Source: Lytechinus pictus (Eukaryota). From it: DNA of 64,000 bases. The stretch is taken from NCBI RefSeq assembly GCF_037042905.1, contig NC_087251.1:47370001-47434000 (forward strand). The letters run 5' to 3'. Each line of letters begins with the position of its first letter. Position 1 is the first letter of the stretch. The notes beneath the pieces were generated by a model, which was not told where the DNA came from, did no database searches, and was given only the letters and a program-made list of their open reading frames with translations. This document shows, in pieces, positions 50,183 to 63,546 of this stretch. The translations under genes were made by a program, and so were the position numbers.

Positions 50183-52073
50183 CAGACAGACTTAAAAAAA
50201 GGCTTGGAAACAAAATAAATTAAAATTTAGTATGACATTTCCTTGTAGTTGAGTTCCAGCAAAAAAGTGGGGATAATCAGCTCTAAAAAGTATAGGTCTT
50301 TCCTTGATCTTATACTAGTGTTTAAACAGGCCCTTACTTTCATACACACTTTGAATTTCAAGGATTAAATTAAATCCAGGTCGGCTGTGAAGCAGCCCGG
50401 CGAAAATTTGATTCATTTAATATTTATGATTAACTTTTAAATCTAAAAAGATTTTTTTTAATCTAAAAAGATTTAAATTAAAATCTTTAATCGTTAAATT
50501 CAAATCAACGAATGTTTGGCTGGTCACTATCCGCAACCGATCTGGCCGGGTTGATTTTCAATCAGCCCAGACTTTGCATAATAAATTTTGAAATCAAATA
50601 AATTTTGAAATAAGGCAAAACAGCGCTAGATAACGATCATAACTAATTTATGCAAATTACCACATTGATTAAACTCTTATTTTATCTTAAATACTGGCAA
50701 TTATATAGCCTTTATTATACAAGCCTATATAAGATCCAAACTTATGAGTGATGACCTTATTTTCAGTTTTTCTTCTTCTTCGTTTTCTTTTTTTTCTTCT
50801 TTGTCAAATTTTTCGGTAATGAACTGTACAGTTCGGATGTCCATCATTTTGGACTGATCAATGACCCTTATTATGGTTAGAGAATAAAGTGGGTCTTAAA
50901 TTTTGCCCGTGATGATATAACAACATGTCATACCCCAGATAATTATAGATGGATACACAGTGGCTTAAATCCGGTCCTAGCAAAGGGGGGGGGGGGGGGA
51001 GATTGCAATAAAAGTATAGAACTAACAATTCAAAATTTGGGACACATTCACGGTTGCACCCCCAAATAAAGGGCTATATACGGGGGTATACAAATCATCT
51101 ATCACTATTTTTTTTTACTTATTTATTTTTTTAAGGCTATTGTTTATCGTCAACTACAGAATTCCAGTAATGTCAGGCTGACTCATGAAAAAGGTGTGTA
51201 TGTCACTGAAATAATGAAAGCTCTGGCAATATCTGGTCCGGTATATCTGGTTGACTTGCAAAGTGAATATTTTAAGAGCGATTTAATCCTTATGCTGGAT
51301 AGGGATTATGTATCGCATTAACTCAATACGTGCGCCGGGAAGAGGCAAATTATGTTTTATCGAATTCTAAAAAAAAAAATTAAAAGTATTTTTTTCCACT
51401 TTGATTCTCCCTCTTTCTTTTTCTTCCCCTTTTTTATTATAAGGGTGGGGGGGGGGGCAACAGCCGCCTGAGTGGCCGGCACGTCCCCCCCAAAAAAAAA
51501 AAAGTTACCTCCCTGCTTTTCATAATTAATTTGGTATAGCCATTGGCAATGCTGAAAAATTGACCCATTATGCGTTTCAAAGTTTGGGTTAACTGATGAT
51601 CTGATGAAAAAAAGGATGATCGTCAAGAGAGTGCGACTCACTATAAACAAGAAACGGGAGACATATCACAACATGGGCTTATTAGAATAATAAATAAGAT
51701 AAGATATTAATTTGATAATCAATTTTTTTTGTCCCTTTTTCAGAATGGAATATCGACAAGTTTCATCTCGCGCCTAGGAAGAGAAATTTGTAGATAGTTA
51801 TCATTATCATTTGATGATATAATGTTCTTAGGATGTCCCGGTCCTATGTAAGAACTCAAAGTAATAATAATGAAACATGCAGTGAATCAGCTCCTTTTTT
51901 AACTGTGATCCATATCCACCTCACAATTTTCCTACAAAGTGCTTGAAATACAGAGCTTAAATCGGGCCCTTTTCAGATCGGAATATCAAATATTTTAAGA
52001 AGCGCGAGCTTCGCGCTCGCTTTTGTGATTTGCATGATAAAAAAGATATTTATCATGCCCAGATTCTATAGGT

Positions 52074-53900
52074 GACAATGACAATGACAATTTTTTCTCA
52101 TGTCACCCTTAAAAGGGCATTGAAGAAAGTCAGATAACAACAAAGAAATAATTTCTCAGTATCAAATACAACATATTTACATTATTTACAATATTTACAT
52201 TCGAGTATACCATGCAGTCAATATATAGGCCCACAGGCAACAATTTAAGAAAAGAGATTACGTGTTTAGTGTAAAAACAAACGTATAAAAAAAGATAAAA
52301 TGTGAGTAAACATAAAAAGATGAAGTAACCATTATCATGGACCTGATATTTGGAATACATTGCCAGATTCACTTAAGCTGACAAGATCATTTTATTCCTT
52401 TAAACGAACTATAAAAGAAATGCAATTAAACCAATACCTAACAAATTAAAGAAAGAAAATCATTACCATTGTTATCATTATTTCAATTAGACATTGACTT
52501 TTATCTAGAACATGTATAAATTAAAATCAAACAACAAACGTGTTATTTTCTAAAATTCCATGCTAAGGACCAAGCATCTCCCTCCCCCCCCCCCCCCCAG
52601 TCCCTCATGCACCTGCACGTTTAATGACAATATATATTAATTATTTGGCTATATTCCAGGGTTGTTACGTTTTCAAGCTTTGCTTTTTTGACGACCCTTG
52701 CAACCATTCTATTTATTGTGGAACAGAAAATACCACTTATTGATTTTCATTTATGTAAGATATGTTTGAGGATTTATGTACAAAACTATTGTTCATTATC
52801 TTGATGTCAAGTTTCAGATATGTATTTTCTTGTCCAGAATTTTGTTATGAAAAATGTTGCAAAAACCAATAAATGAAATGAAATGAAATTATGAAATATT
52901 TACAAGATCATGCATTATTCATTTTATGACTAAAACTTAGTGAAGCTTTAATATTACTGATGCGAATTTTGCTAAATTGGTGATCTGTTTCATGTTTCCT
53001 GAATTAAATAATTAATTCATTTTTAGTGTATTGGGACGTATTCTAAAAATACGGCTTGATATATTTGTGCCTCAAGTTATTCAATTTCGGACATTCAAAC
53101 AAATAATGAAATTCATCTCCAAGTTTATTAAGAGTGCACAGATTGCTGTTCGATTTTGCCATTCTATTCCCGAATATCTACCCGTAACAATTGGCAAACG
53201 GTGATTTGCACATCTGAATTTTGTGAGTGCTATCCTGTAGGGAGAGGGAATTAAGTAAGCTTCAAGGCCAACCTGATTTTTGAAAATTCTATAGTTAATA
53301 CATTGTGAGCTAACGTTCACAACGCTTTGCCAATTTTGCACATACGTATCTCTAAGTTTCAATTTTAATGTGGATTTCAACCAAGCATTACTAAACGATT
53401 TATTATTTGTCCAAATATTTGACATTCCAAGTTCATTTAAAGTAGACTGAAAGAATTTTACCCAAGAAGAGGAATATATGCCAAGATCATGAAGTATTTT
53501 CAAAATTTTACCAGAAATAGTTGAATATTTAACTTTTTCTCACTTATATAGTTCTCGACCAAAAATTAACCATTCTTTCTTTAGCAATAATCGATATTTC
53601 AAATCTGCCCAGTTCACCGAGAGCCATACAGTTCAGTGAACCTTTTCTTAGTCTTAAAATTTGTTTGGAATATTGCATATGCATAATTTCAATATGCTTC
53701 AAATTTTCGAAGCCCCAGATTTCACACCCGTATTAAAATAGGTACAACTGATTTGTAAAAAAAGATCTAATTGAATATCTAAAGGCAATCTTAATTTTCT
53801 TTATTTCATAATTAAACTGTACATGGCCCTTTTAGCTTGAGTAATTTGGGTTTTTTTGAGCTTTTTTAAAACTATTAACTCCTGAAGACACATTTCTAGT
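52074..53900 (-). mobile_element. Decayed 3' portion of an RTEX/Tx1-like LINE
   Basis: Minus-strand remnants GCEIWG, YRIFK..LEAYL, LTKFRCANHRLPIVTGRY and GDEFHYLFEC (C-terminal Zn knuckle); (ATTGTC)n tail near 52074-52091. Confidence 0.75.
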
Positions 53901-54021
53901 ACAGTAAGTGTATTGATTTCCTTGCTATACAGAATTTTGTTTGTAATTTAAAAGTTTAAAGTGTTCATAAAATGAAGCAATGTCAACCGAAGAAGTATCT
54001 TTACTATTAACTTATTATCAA

Positions 54022-54640
54022 AGGACAAGTCCACCCCAATAAAAAGTTGATTTGAATAAAAAGAGAAAAAAAAAACAAGCATTACACTGAAAATTTCAGC
54101 GAAATCGGATGTAAAATAAGAAAGTTATGACATTTCGAAGTTTCGCTTCATTTAATTCACAAAACAGTTCTATGCACAATATCCTGGTTGGTATGCAGAT
54201 GAGAAGTCTGATGACGTCATCCACTCACTATTTCTTTTGTATTTTATTGTATGAAATATGAAATAATCTAATTTTCTCCTCATTGTCAAGTGAAACAACG
54301 ATTAATTCCTCCCTGAACGCGTGGAATTATAGCATTGCTATACGATATGGTTCAGTCAAGTTGGTCCTCGATCACTGTCAAATCTGTGAAAAAAGAAATA
54401 TTGTATAATTCAAACAATAAAGAACAAAATAAATAGTGAGAGAGGGACATCATCGTCTGGCTCATTTGCATGTCACTGAGTTGTGCATATGACTGTTTTG
54501 TGAAAAATAAGCGAAACTTTAAAATGTACATATATAACTTTCTTATTTTACATCCGATTTTGATGAAATTTTCAGCGTTATGCTTGTTTGATTTTTCTCT
54601 ATTCATTCAAATCAACGTTTTTCAGGGGTGGACTTGTCCT
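54022..54640. mobile_element. Family A T2/Kolobok-type MITE
   Basis: tcaa|AGGACAAGTCCACCCC ... GGGGTGGACTTGTCCT|TTAA. Confidence 0.88.
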
Positions 54641-55408
54641 TTAATAATAAGTTAATAGCAAAGATACTTCTCTGGTTGATATTGCTTCATTTTATGAACA
54701 CTTAAACTCTTAGGATCCCAAAGATTGCTCAGAATGTTAAATTTTAGGACAAAATACAGTCATGAAATAAAAATAAGCTCGTGCTTCGCTCTCGCACTAT
54801 ATATAAATAAGGCTTATGAGATTATTATATATTTATGTTTATTTATAAGAAAAAAGCTTAGACATGACTATTAGGACCACCCCTTCAAAGAAACATACAA
54901 AAATCAACCCTTGGATTTGCGTTCAGTTCATCATCAAAGTGGGAAAGTGCTAGTGGGCGGTGCCCTGAAAATAGGGAATTCCCCGAGATTACATAACAGC
55001 TGATACGCGCCCACTAAATAATTTGATGAACCCTTTAATACAGCAATTCATAATCACTTAATTAAAAACAGAACATTTTCAATTGTTTGAATATTGAAGA
55101 AAAGATGTAAATATCATCAAAATTATGAATTCAATCAAGCAGCACATGTCAATATGAAAATGTGGGTGCAAAATGGTCCGGGGAAATGGTATTATTCCCC
55201 TGAAGTCTGTAGCCTGCCTGGGCCTGAGAATTATGGAGGCATCCATATAGGCGAGGAGGTTCACATGGCAAGCCCTTGCCTGCACGTACGCCGTTATCCG
55301 GAGCTCAGCTCGACATTCGGCCGCGCCGCGAAGAGCGGGGCTGGCCGCTAGGCTATCGAACTGTATGCATGCCGCGCAGGGCATAACGGCATAAGGTATT
55401 GCGCGAGA

Positions 55409-55489
55409 ATGTTTAGCCTCCGAAGAGCCGTCCTTTTCAATTGCTTACGGAGTTTTTCATCTGGTTCACCAAGAAAGATGCCAATCAAG
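55409..55489 (+). CDS. PRDX5: Peroxiredoxin-5, coding exon 1 (mitochondrial presequence + MPIK)
   Basis: MFSLRRAVLFNCLRSFSSGSPRKMPIK, then AAG|GTAAAT donor; second in-frame ATG at 55478. Confidence 0.85.
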
Positions 55490-55894
55490 GTAAATACTAA
55501 CTAGATTATTAAAGAAAGGTGTGCTACACCATACGAACAGATATCAGAACATATTCGTACTCATTTATCATATTATTATCATGATTTTAGTCGGGATTAT
55601 TTTAGTCACCCGTCATGCCCGTCGGCCGTCGACGGCGAAGCTCAATTCCAAGTCAAGACCCTACTCCCTAGAATTTAGACTCGAGTGTTAGACCTGGGGA
55701 GCGTTTCTGCCGTTTCATCAACATTTTTGTCCGACAAATTGTCAGATCTGACATCTTTTTTTGAATCTGATTTGCTTCTTCTTCATCGTCTTCTTCATCC
55801 TACACTGACTGCCTCCTTCAATCCTGAAGATTCTTGCAGTATTGTAGTACCGGGGGCCGGCAGGTGCAATACACCGGGTGAACACCCTACTCTT

Positions 55895-56095
55895 TGACTT
55901 AGAAGGACTGTTATTATGGTAACTGTCGGAGGGTTCGATTCCCACTTCCCAAGTGGTGCGCTAGTGCCCCTTGCCCTTGGTAAGGCATTTATCCTCATTA
56001 CCAGGTCCCTCGGAGAGGACTTTAAGCCGTTGGTCCCCTGGTTGCTTGCTCATAGGCCTCCGTGCTTTCCTAGCAGTCAGGTAAAAAACCTCGGT
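55895..56095 (+). mobile_element. tRNA-derived SINE in PRDX5 intron 1
   Basis: B box ggttcgattccc, cccttggtaaggcatttatcctcatt core, 3' part shared with 25655-25752. Confidence 0.7.
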
Positions 56096-56558
56096 ATAAA
56101 CCGTCCGACAACGGCGACAAGTCCTTTCATGAAATGCTCCCCTGGCCAAAAGGCAATAATCAATTGAACATTGGGTGCTCTTGGTGGGGTAAACTGTCCA
56201 TAATTTTCCCTTGATAAAGAAAAGAAATATCTGAAAATGTCCATGCTTTGTTGCTTACAACGTAGTTCAGTGTAAAATTTCAATGTGGGAAGATTATTAA
56301 GAATAAGACCGAGTCTGAGAGTGAGAGATAAAGCCGAGTCAAGTTGACGATTACCGTACTATTTCAATTTAGATCTCCATGTAAATTGTCTTGGTTTGTC
56401 TTAATTTCACATGTTTTTTGGTTAGACCTATATATCTCTCTTGTGTTTCTCTTCCTTATTCTTTATTTATACTGTGCAAGTTATCCGGAAACATATCATG
56501 AACATACTATTAACTGTTATATGTTGCTTGAATAATATTTATTCATCATTTTTATTAG

Positions 56559-56693
56559 GTTGGTGATGCTGTGCCTAGTGTAGAAGTGTGTGAGAACACA
56601 CCAGGTGATAAAGTGAATGTAGAAGAACTTTTCAAGGGAAAGACTGGAGTGTTGTTTGCCGTTCCGGGAGCGTTCACTCCAGGATGTTCAAAG
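56559..56693 (+). CDS. PRDX5: Peroxiredoxin-5, exon 2 (peroxidatic Cys)
   Basis: tag|VGDAVPSVEVCENTPGDKVNVEELFKGKTGVLFAVPGAFTPGCSK|gtgag; 135 nt; PGAFTPGCS signature. Confidence 0.97.
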
Positions 56694-58092
56694 GTGAGAA
56701 AAAGGGTTGCTGAACCAATGTCCGTTGGGGTCCTATTACATGAAGCTTAGTGATTGTATGGCTTGTCTGTGCAAGTCTGTGCAGTCCCCCTTGTCTGCGC
56801 ACATGCGTATCTGCACGATTCTAGTAAAAGAAGATCACAACGAACACAAAATTTACACATGCACCACATAGACGATATTCATTAAAAAATCCGACTCAAA
56901 ATGTTGGAAAAATAATGAATTTGGGGCATTTCGTGTGACGGCCTCAAAATGCTGCCTTTCTCATCAAAACGCCTGAATCGTGGGCAAAGTGAATGGGTGC
57001 GCAGACATGGGGTACCATTTTTTTTTCAATCTGAAAATGACTGCCCAAGGTTTTTTCTAAGAAAATCCTATATTTCTTTCAAATTTTAATGAGATATTTG
57101 TTACACTTACTCATGGTAATATAGGGAACATTATTAACGGAAAGAATTTGTGAAATAAAAAGAAGTTCATGTTAAATCGTTAGGTGCACAGACTTGGGGA
57201 CCACCATTATAGGTAGGCCTAAGGCTGATATCAATGCAATCTCTCATAGAAATCGGTCAGTTTTAGGTTAGGGTTTAGAAATTTGCCAATTTCTATAACT
57301 CTACTCACTGACTCTAGATACTCGCTAATGATATACAAAGAATGGTTTTCTCTCAAAGAAAGTAATGTGGAATTTGTAAATTACCATGAAATTTGAACTG
57401 GGGGGGGGGTGAGTCTTGGATAATGCTCAGTATCTTTGTAGAACCATTTCACAAGCATAAAAATGGGCGGAGGGGAGGAGACGTAGCATAATAATAGCAG
57501 CATAATATCTTTCTGTGAATTATAAGAGTTTACTCTGTACTAGAAGTATATATCCTGGCTTTACACTCGCTATTGTGAGAGAAGAGTTCACATTGAAAAG
57601 AAATTACATGTGTATTTACGTTGAATAAATAAAAGAAAAAAGCCATATTTAAAGAAGATATGAGTTTTCAATTCTGTGGTTAATTTCAAATCATACAGTT
57701 TATGCCTTTGGCTATCACATTCACAGTTCACTTCTTATAAAAATAATCCTTTGATGAGTGGATGTATGAAACTAATAAAATTGTACCATGATTTTTCAAA
57801 AGATTAAGATATACTGGTAGGGTGGTGGTTTTTTTTTCATCTCAACGCACTGCCACAAATTGTTGAAACTGTATATGCCTGCCTGTGTCTTTTAATGCTT
57901 CCTAGTGCCATTATTATAAAATCAATATTGCATCAGTGACACTATGGTACCCTTTAAATATATGAAAAATACTAGTATATAAATAATAGTAAATAAATAG
58001 GTGTTTTTATGAAAACTGAACACTATGATACTGCATCAGCTATGGGACTAATTCTGAGCAATGTCATATTCTACTTGTAATTTTTTTCACAG

Positions 58093-58224
58093 ACTCATCT
58101 GCCAGGCTACGTTGGTGACTTTGATAAACTCAAAGCTAAAGGTGCAGAAGTCATCGCCTGTGTGTCCGTCAATGACCCCTTTGTAATGGCTGCATGGGGG
58201 GAAGCACATAAAGCTGAAGGCAAG
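58093..58224 (+). CDS. PRDX5: Peroxiredoxin-5, exon 3
   Basis: cag|THLPGYVGDFDKLKAKGAEVIACVSVNDPFVMAAWGEAHKAEGK|gtaat; 132 nt. Confidence 0.97.
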
Positions 58225-59238
58225 GTAATTCTATCAAGTGTTGCCAAATGAAGCATAAAGTTTGTGTTACAGACTTAAGTGTTTGCACAGCTCAAAAACA
58301 AATTTCCCGAAACTGAATCCAAAATTTCCTGAATTTCAGAGGCGTTTCCTGTAATCTTCAACAAAAATCGGACAAAACAATACAGCAAGCCTGATTTTGG
58401 GTCTGGAGTCAAGAATGTAGGACCTATACTTTTCATGCACTTACTAAAATGGGAATTAATAATGAAAGCGTGAAGTGCGAGCAGAAAATTTTGAGCTGCA
58501 TAATGAGGCAAAGTTTAAAATAACACGAATATGAAAGTTTGCTTCATTCAATTATTGTGTATTGTAATTTTCAGATTTCCCGGAATTTCCTGGAATATTT
58601 TTTTCCCCCAAATCTTTCCTGGAAAAAGTTGATATTTCCCAGAATTCCGATGTACTATAAAATCAGCATGTGATAGGTTTGGCGGAGGGTAGGTTGCTTG
58701 CAAATCTGACAGATAGAATGATACATTGCTCATTTGTCTACACCCGCTTTGTCTACACTCTGTTCAGTCTCATGCCACGACCCATGTGGTCTAATCCTAC
58801 TTCATGTACATTCATGTGCTTACCATTGGTCTTATTGCCATTTAGCCCATTAACCATTTTATTTTAATTTCTTGTATTTTGTCTAATATCCACTTTGTCT
58901 GACAGCACTTTGTCTACAGGGTTAGATTAAGAGTTACTTAACCAAATTTGACACATAAAATAATAGTAAGGATACAAAGTGGAAATTACACCAACTTGGC
59001 ATTAAACTACATGAGCATTAGACCAAATGTCAATTACGCCATTTGAAATTATGACTATCCGAGAAGTGGACCAACTGATAGTAGACCAAGTGGCAAGTAA
59101 ACCGATAGAACAAAGTGACACTTGCTCAAAAGAAAGTGATTATGAATTGAATATGTGAATCCTACAATTCAAGTCAACCTTATGGATGTGTATAGCCATG
59201 TGATTAAGTGACAGTTATTCCATTATTTATCCTCACAG

Positions 59239-59277
59239 GTCAGAATGCTAGCTGATCTTCATGGAGAGTTTACAAAG
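59239..59277 (+). CDS. PRDX5: Peroxiredoxin-5, exon 4
   Basis: cag|VRMLADLHGEFTK|gtaaa; 39 nt, in frame. Confidence 0.93.
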
Positions 59278-60820
59278 GTAAACAAAATAACATTCTTTTT
59301 GTTGGGGGGGGGGTGAGGGATAATGTTTCCATATTCACACAAAAGCACAAGCTTTTTTTCTGTACATTTTTAATGGTCAAAGTCTTTATTCTTTTTCCCT
59401 AATCAACAATAAAAGGGGGGCATCCCCTCCTTATAAATGATTTTTCAAGTAGTGAAGAAAAAAGAGAGATAAATATTTAAACAAATCAGTAAATTTAAAC
59501 AAATCAGTTGCTATGTAATTCCATAGCAACACTATGATTTTTTCAATAGAGAAAAAATGATGTCACTTGTTCCTCAAACCACCATTTACTGTGAACAATC
59601 AATTTTTATTTAAAGTATACATCCAAAGAAAATTCACGAAAGTGATGATTATAGACAAATTATATATGAATGGAAAGGTCTTGTCTTTTTATACACAAAT
59701 ATGTCACTAAAAAGTCTTATTGATGTCGTGGAAATGCAAGAAATGAAATTATTAGAGACCCTTCTCAGCCCCCCAGCCGCCCCCAGACAGACAGTCACGC
59801 GATCAAAAACAACCGAGAATAATGACGTCACATGATCGACTCACTCTGTGCAAGCCAGCAGTACACTGATAGCTGATTCACCTTCCTGGTCTCTATTTTT
59901 CTTCGAATTTACCGTTTTCTTCATGTATTGTGATATCCGAATTCTGTTTTCGACAACTTCAGACTATAAGGGAACCAGAACTGTGTTATTTTGCCCGTTT
60001 TTTATTGAATTGTGAACTGGAAAGATCGATTTTGTCCACTCGACAGTCTTCGTTGTGTTGCTCTACTAACTATTGAAAAACTCCAAGCTGCACGGTCCCA
60101 TTCACTTGCTCCCGATGCATGTTGCAGGCTACGCTGTTTGATCCAGTCAAAAGTCAAGGTAAGCATGTTTGGAAACTGTACTTGTTCTGACGATGCATTC
60201 AGGTCAGATGACAAATACAGATCTGATATAAGTTTAGAATCATGCATTTTGGCATAACTACTATTAAAATTAAAAAGTTTTTATTTTAGAAATAATGTTT
60301 TTGCACAATTCCAGCAGATTTTTTCTTCAGATTTCTAAAACTGATCAGGACTCAGGCAGGCGATTAAATTATTTAGGAGCACTGGTATGGACCATGGCTG
60401 AAAATCTGCTGTTTCAGAGGAATGTTTAAGTTTTTATTATACACAGAATTATATCACCATGATGCCGATGTCATGAAGACAGACAAATTTTCAGCAGTGA
60501 TTACCCTGATTCCTGGCCAAAATCACTCACACGTATTGCGAGGTTAGTATTAGTAAACTAACCTCGCACCACGAACCGCGTTTGGCAGTGGATTTCTAAC
60601 TAGTGGGTCGCGCGTGCTGGGATCTCACTTCTTGGGTCCACGACTTCTATGGCTTGAATTTTCTGTGCGCGGCGGCATATAATGAACCCTTGGGTGGGCC
60701 AAAATTAGAGTCTGGTGTTTCTTTCTGATTAGAGTGTTGCTGCATATATGTATGCGTAATGCCTTCAACAATGAAGATAAATGCAATCTTTGTAATGACA
60801 CAGAGACTCAGAGAGCACCG

Positions 60821-60969
60821 TACCTCAAGTGATGTTCGTGTAGTCTCCACTTCACTACTGCTACAGCCTACACTACGCTACACACCTACCCGGGTAGGTG
60901 TGGCGTACATGTACGGTAGTGTAGCGGTAGTGAAGTGGAGTGGGGCCTACACAAACATCACTTGAGGTA
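60821..60969. mobile_element. 149-bp hairpin MITE with 8-bp TSD
   Basis: TACCTCAAGTGATGTT ... AACATCACTTGAGGTA; flanks gagcaccg / gagcacca. Confidence 0.82.
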
Positions 60970-61954
60970 GAGCACCAGTGTTCTGAGTGGAACTTTTCAG
61001 GTGTCTAAACCTACTATCATTTGTTGTTGACCGGGAATTACATGCCACCGCACGTCATCAATCATCACGATAATTAAATTCATACTTTGATTTGATTATT
61101 TAAACTATTTCTTTTTTTCTCTCTTCTACACACAGATCTGCACACTTGCTGACTCTGGTGACTTCTGGTCTCTGCTTGCTACCTCAATCTGGGAGATTCC
61201 ATCATGTCCTTTTACTATGATTTGGATATAGCCATTTTTTCTTCACTCTTTCCAGGACCTACGGTTTGCAAGTTGTGGACTGATAATGATACAAAAGAAG
61301 ATTTTTCTTTATCAATCTTGGAAACAATTTTGAGCACAGTTTTGGAGAGAACTAAGAAATTTGACTTGGACAGGAATACAGCTTGTCAAAAATAATAACA
61401 CACAATTTAAACGAAAGAACAATTTTAATGTTACTAGGGCATTTTGCGAGAAATGTTATACTCAATCACAAGTCCCAAATCAAGGGTAAGTCCTTTGATT
61501 AAACATGTAGTTGAATTGCGATTGCAACTCGACCTTATTACGCTTGAATTTGAATTTAAGACTTACGCTTGATTTGCAATTGAACATAAGTTTCTTGCAG
61601 TGCCCCATAATTATGTTTTGTTATCAGATATTTAACGTGCTGATTTTTCTCGAAAGGTATAATATATTTGTCCTTTTAAACGGTATTTGAATATGGGTAC
61701 GCCTTTTATTTGTTTTCCACAATATTTATTGCATGTATGAACAGAAGTAAAATATTTATTGTGAAGCACTGTGAATGTTGTGTGCTGTTGTGTGATGGTT
61801 AATCATTTTTGTTATAAGACTGAAAGCCTGGTGGATGTGAGGAAGTGGCCTGGATGAAAGAAAAGTGAACATGTGTCCAATTACTGATTTGCATATTCTA
61901 AGACAATTTTGTTTCTGGATAAATTTTGCTATGCATTCCCTACATTAAGAGTAA

Positions 61955-62284
61955 AGGAGAAGTCCACGCAATCAAAAATTCATTTGAATTTAAAGAAAAA
62001 TAACAAGATATTGCAGGAAATTTCATAAAAACTTTGATTCAAATTTATATAATTACTATTTTAACAGTTCCGTAAATATAACCTATTGTGATCAGATGAA
62101 GAGTTTCCTATCGTCAAATCTGCAAAGAATAAAAAACAAAATGCCACAAAAAATAGAAACGAATGTGATGTGAGTGACAACTCTAATTTGCATATCATTG
62201 TTTTCTGTATATGACTGTTTTGAGTAAAAACAACAAGGGAAATTACTCTATTCAAATAATTTTTAGTTGATGTGGACTTGACTT
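61955..62284. mobile_element. Short diverged family A MITE
   Basis: aggagaagtccac ... gtggacttgactt|ttaa. Confidence 0.6.
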
Positions 62285-63490
62285 TTAACTCTACCCCTCC
62301 CATCCCAAATAAGAGTAGAAATAATCTAATCAAGAACTTGAAAATCAAAAGCAGCAATTAAGAAGCAAGATTTGATAAATACAGGTCTGAATAGAATTTC
62401 ACAAGAAAATAAAAAGAGAAAAAAGATGGGTAGGGACGGGGAAGGAATAAACAAAAAATACCATACCCAGAAAAAAAAAATCCGAGTTTCGAACCAGGGT
62501 CCTCGCACATGACAAAACAATGGCCAACGCATTTGGCCACAGACCATCGCCCTAACGGGAAAGCATTTTTAAGATATATGAAAGAAAGTCCGCTCGCCGC
62601 TGTTTCCTAATAATGCTTCGGCAATTCAACTGCAATTTCAGTCATTTCGCGATGGATATTGCCGTGTTTTTTTTGTGGTTCCTGACTTTGCTACTTAATG
62701 AAATTTCATAATTTTTGTTCAGTCATAAAGAAGAATGTCTATGCTTTATATTGATTATAACATTAATGTGACGCAAGTGTGATTTCTACGTGAAAATATG
62801 CTTTGTTTATTCACATATATTTCTTGAAAAAAAAAAATTCTAAGCTAAATATCGGTTACCAAAATATGTTAAATGTGCACTTTTTTTCACTGTTCAGTAA
62901 ATTCAAACTTTTATCTATATAACAAGACCAATCTTAAGAGGAATAAACAATTCTAAGAGCAAAAAACGCTGATTGGAAAGATCGTCTCCAATGGGCTGCT
63001 GTCAGCTCAGCTGCTCACTGCTCATTGTGTGACGTCACTCAGCTGGAGCTCGCAAGAGGACCGGTGGAAGGCAGAAATATGGCATGAAAATAAATCATTT
63101 TTGAGAGCTGATTTCTGCAATCTCTGATCACTATTTTGAAAAGTGAAGTTATATATCTGATTAGTAATACTTCCCCTTTACAATGATGACCACATAAAGT
63201 CATTATAAAATACTTTTGATTCTTCGGATGTATACTTTAAGTTCTATTTCTCCTTTTCTACTTTGATCGTGTGTATTGGACAATCTTTTATATATTATTA
63301 TTTTCAATGGCTACTTTTCACAATCTAATGCCGAAATCTGCAACATTGGAAAAGCTTTAAAATTGCAGTGTGAAACTGCCCTGAGCCCCGAGTAATGTTT
63401 TCCCTGATGTACAATAGTGCACTTTTTCATTCATTTCATATTGAAGATATATCACCATATATTTTGTATTTCAACTCTACCTTGATATAG

Positions 63491-63546
63491 GCGGTTGATA
63501 TGGTCCTCGATGCTACTCCATTCCTTGGAAACCAACGCTCAAAGAG
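63491..63546 (+). CDS. PRDX5: Peroxiredoxin-5, exon 5 (final exon is outside the window)
   Basis: tag|AVDMVLDATPFLGNQRSK-R(ag)|gtggg; conserved G..RS.R motif; phase-2 donor. Confidence 0.93.

Larger units (their letters stand above)
59614..63236. mobile_element. 3.6-kb Kolobok-like element in PRDX5 intron 4
   Basis: TTAA|AGTATACATCCAAAGAA ... TTCTTCGGATGTATACT|TTAA (17-bp TIR, 1 mismatch); subterminal TGACGTCA at both ends; no intact ORF. Confidence 0.78.

Noticed and set aside
55079..55384. Divergent gene head-to-head with PRDX5 (TRMT112 in mammals)
   Set aside because: The ORFs here show no TRM112-like sequence and no convincing exon structure.
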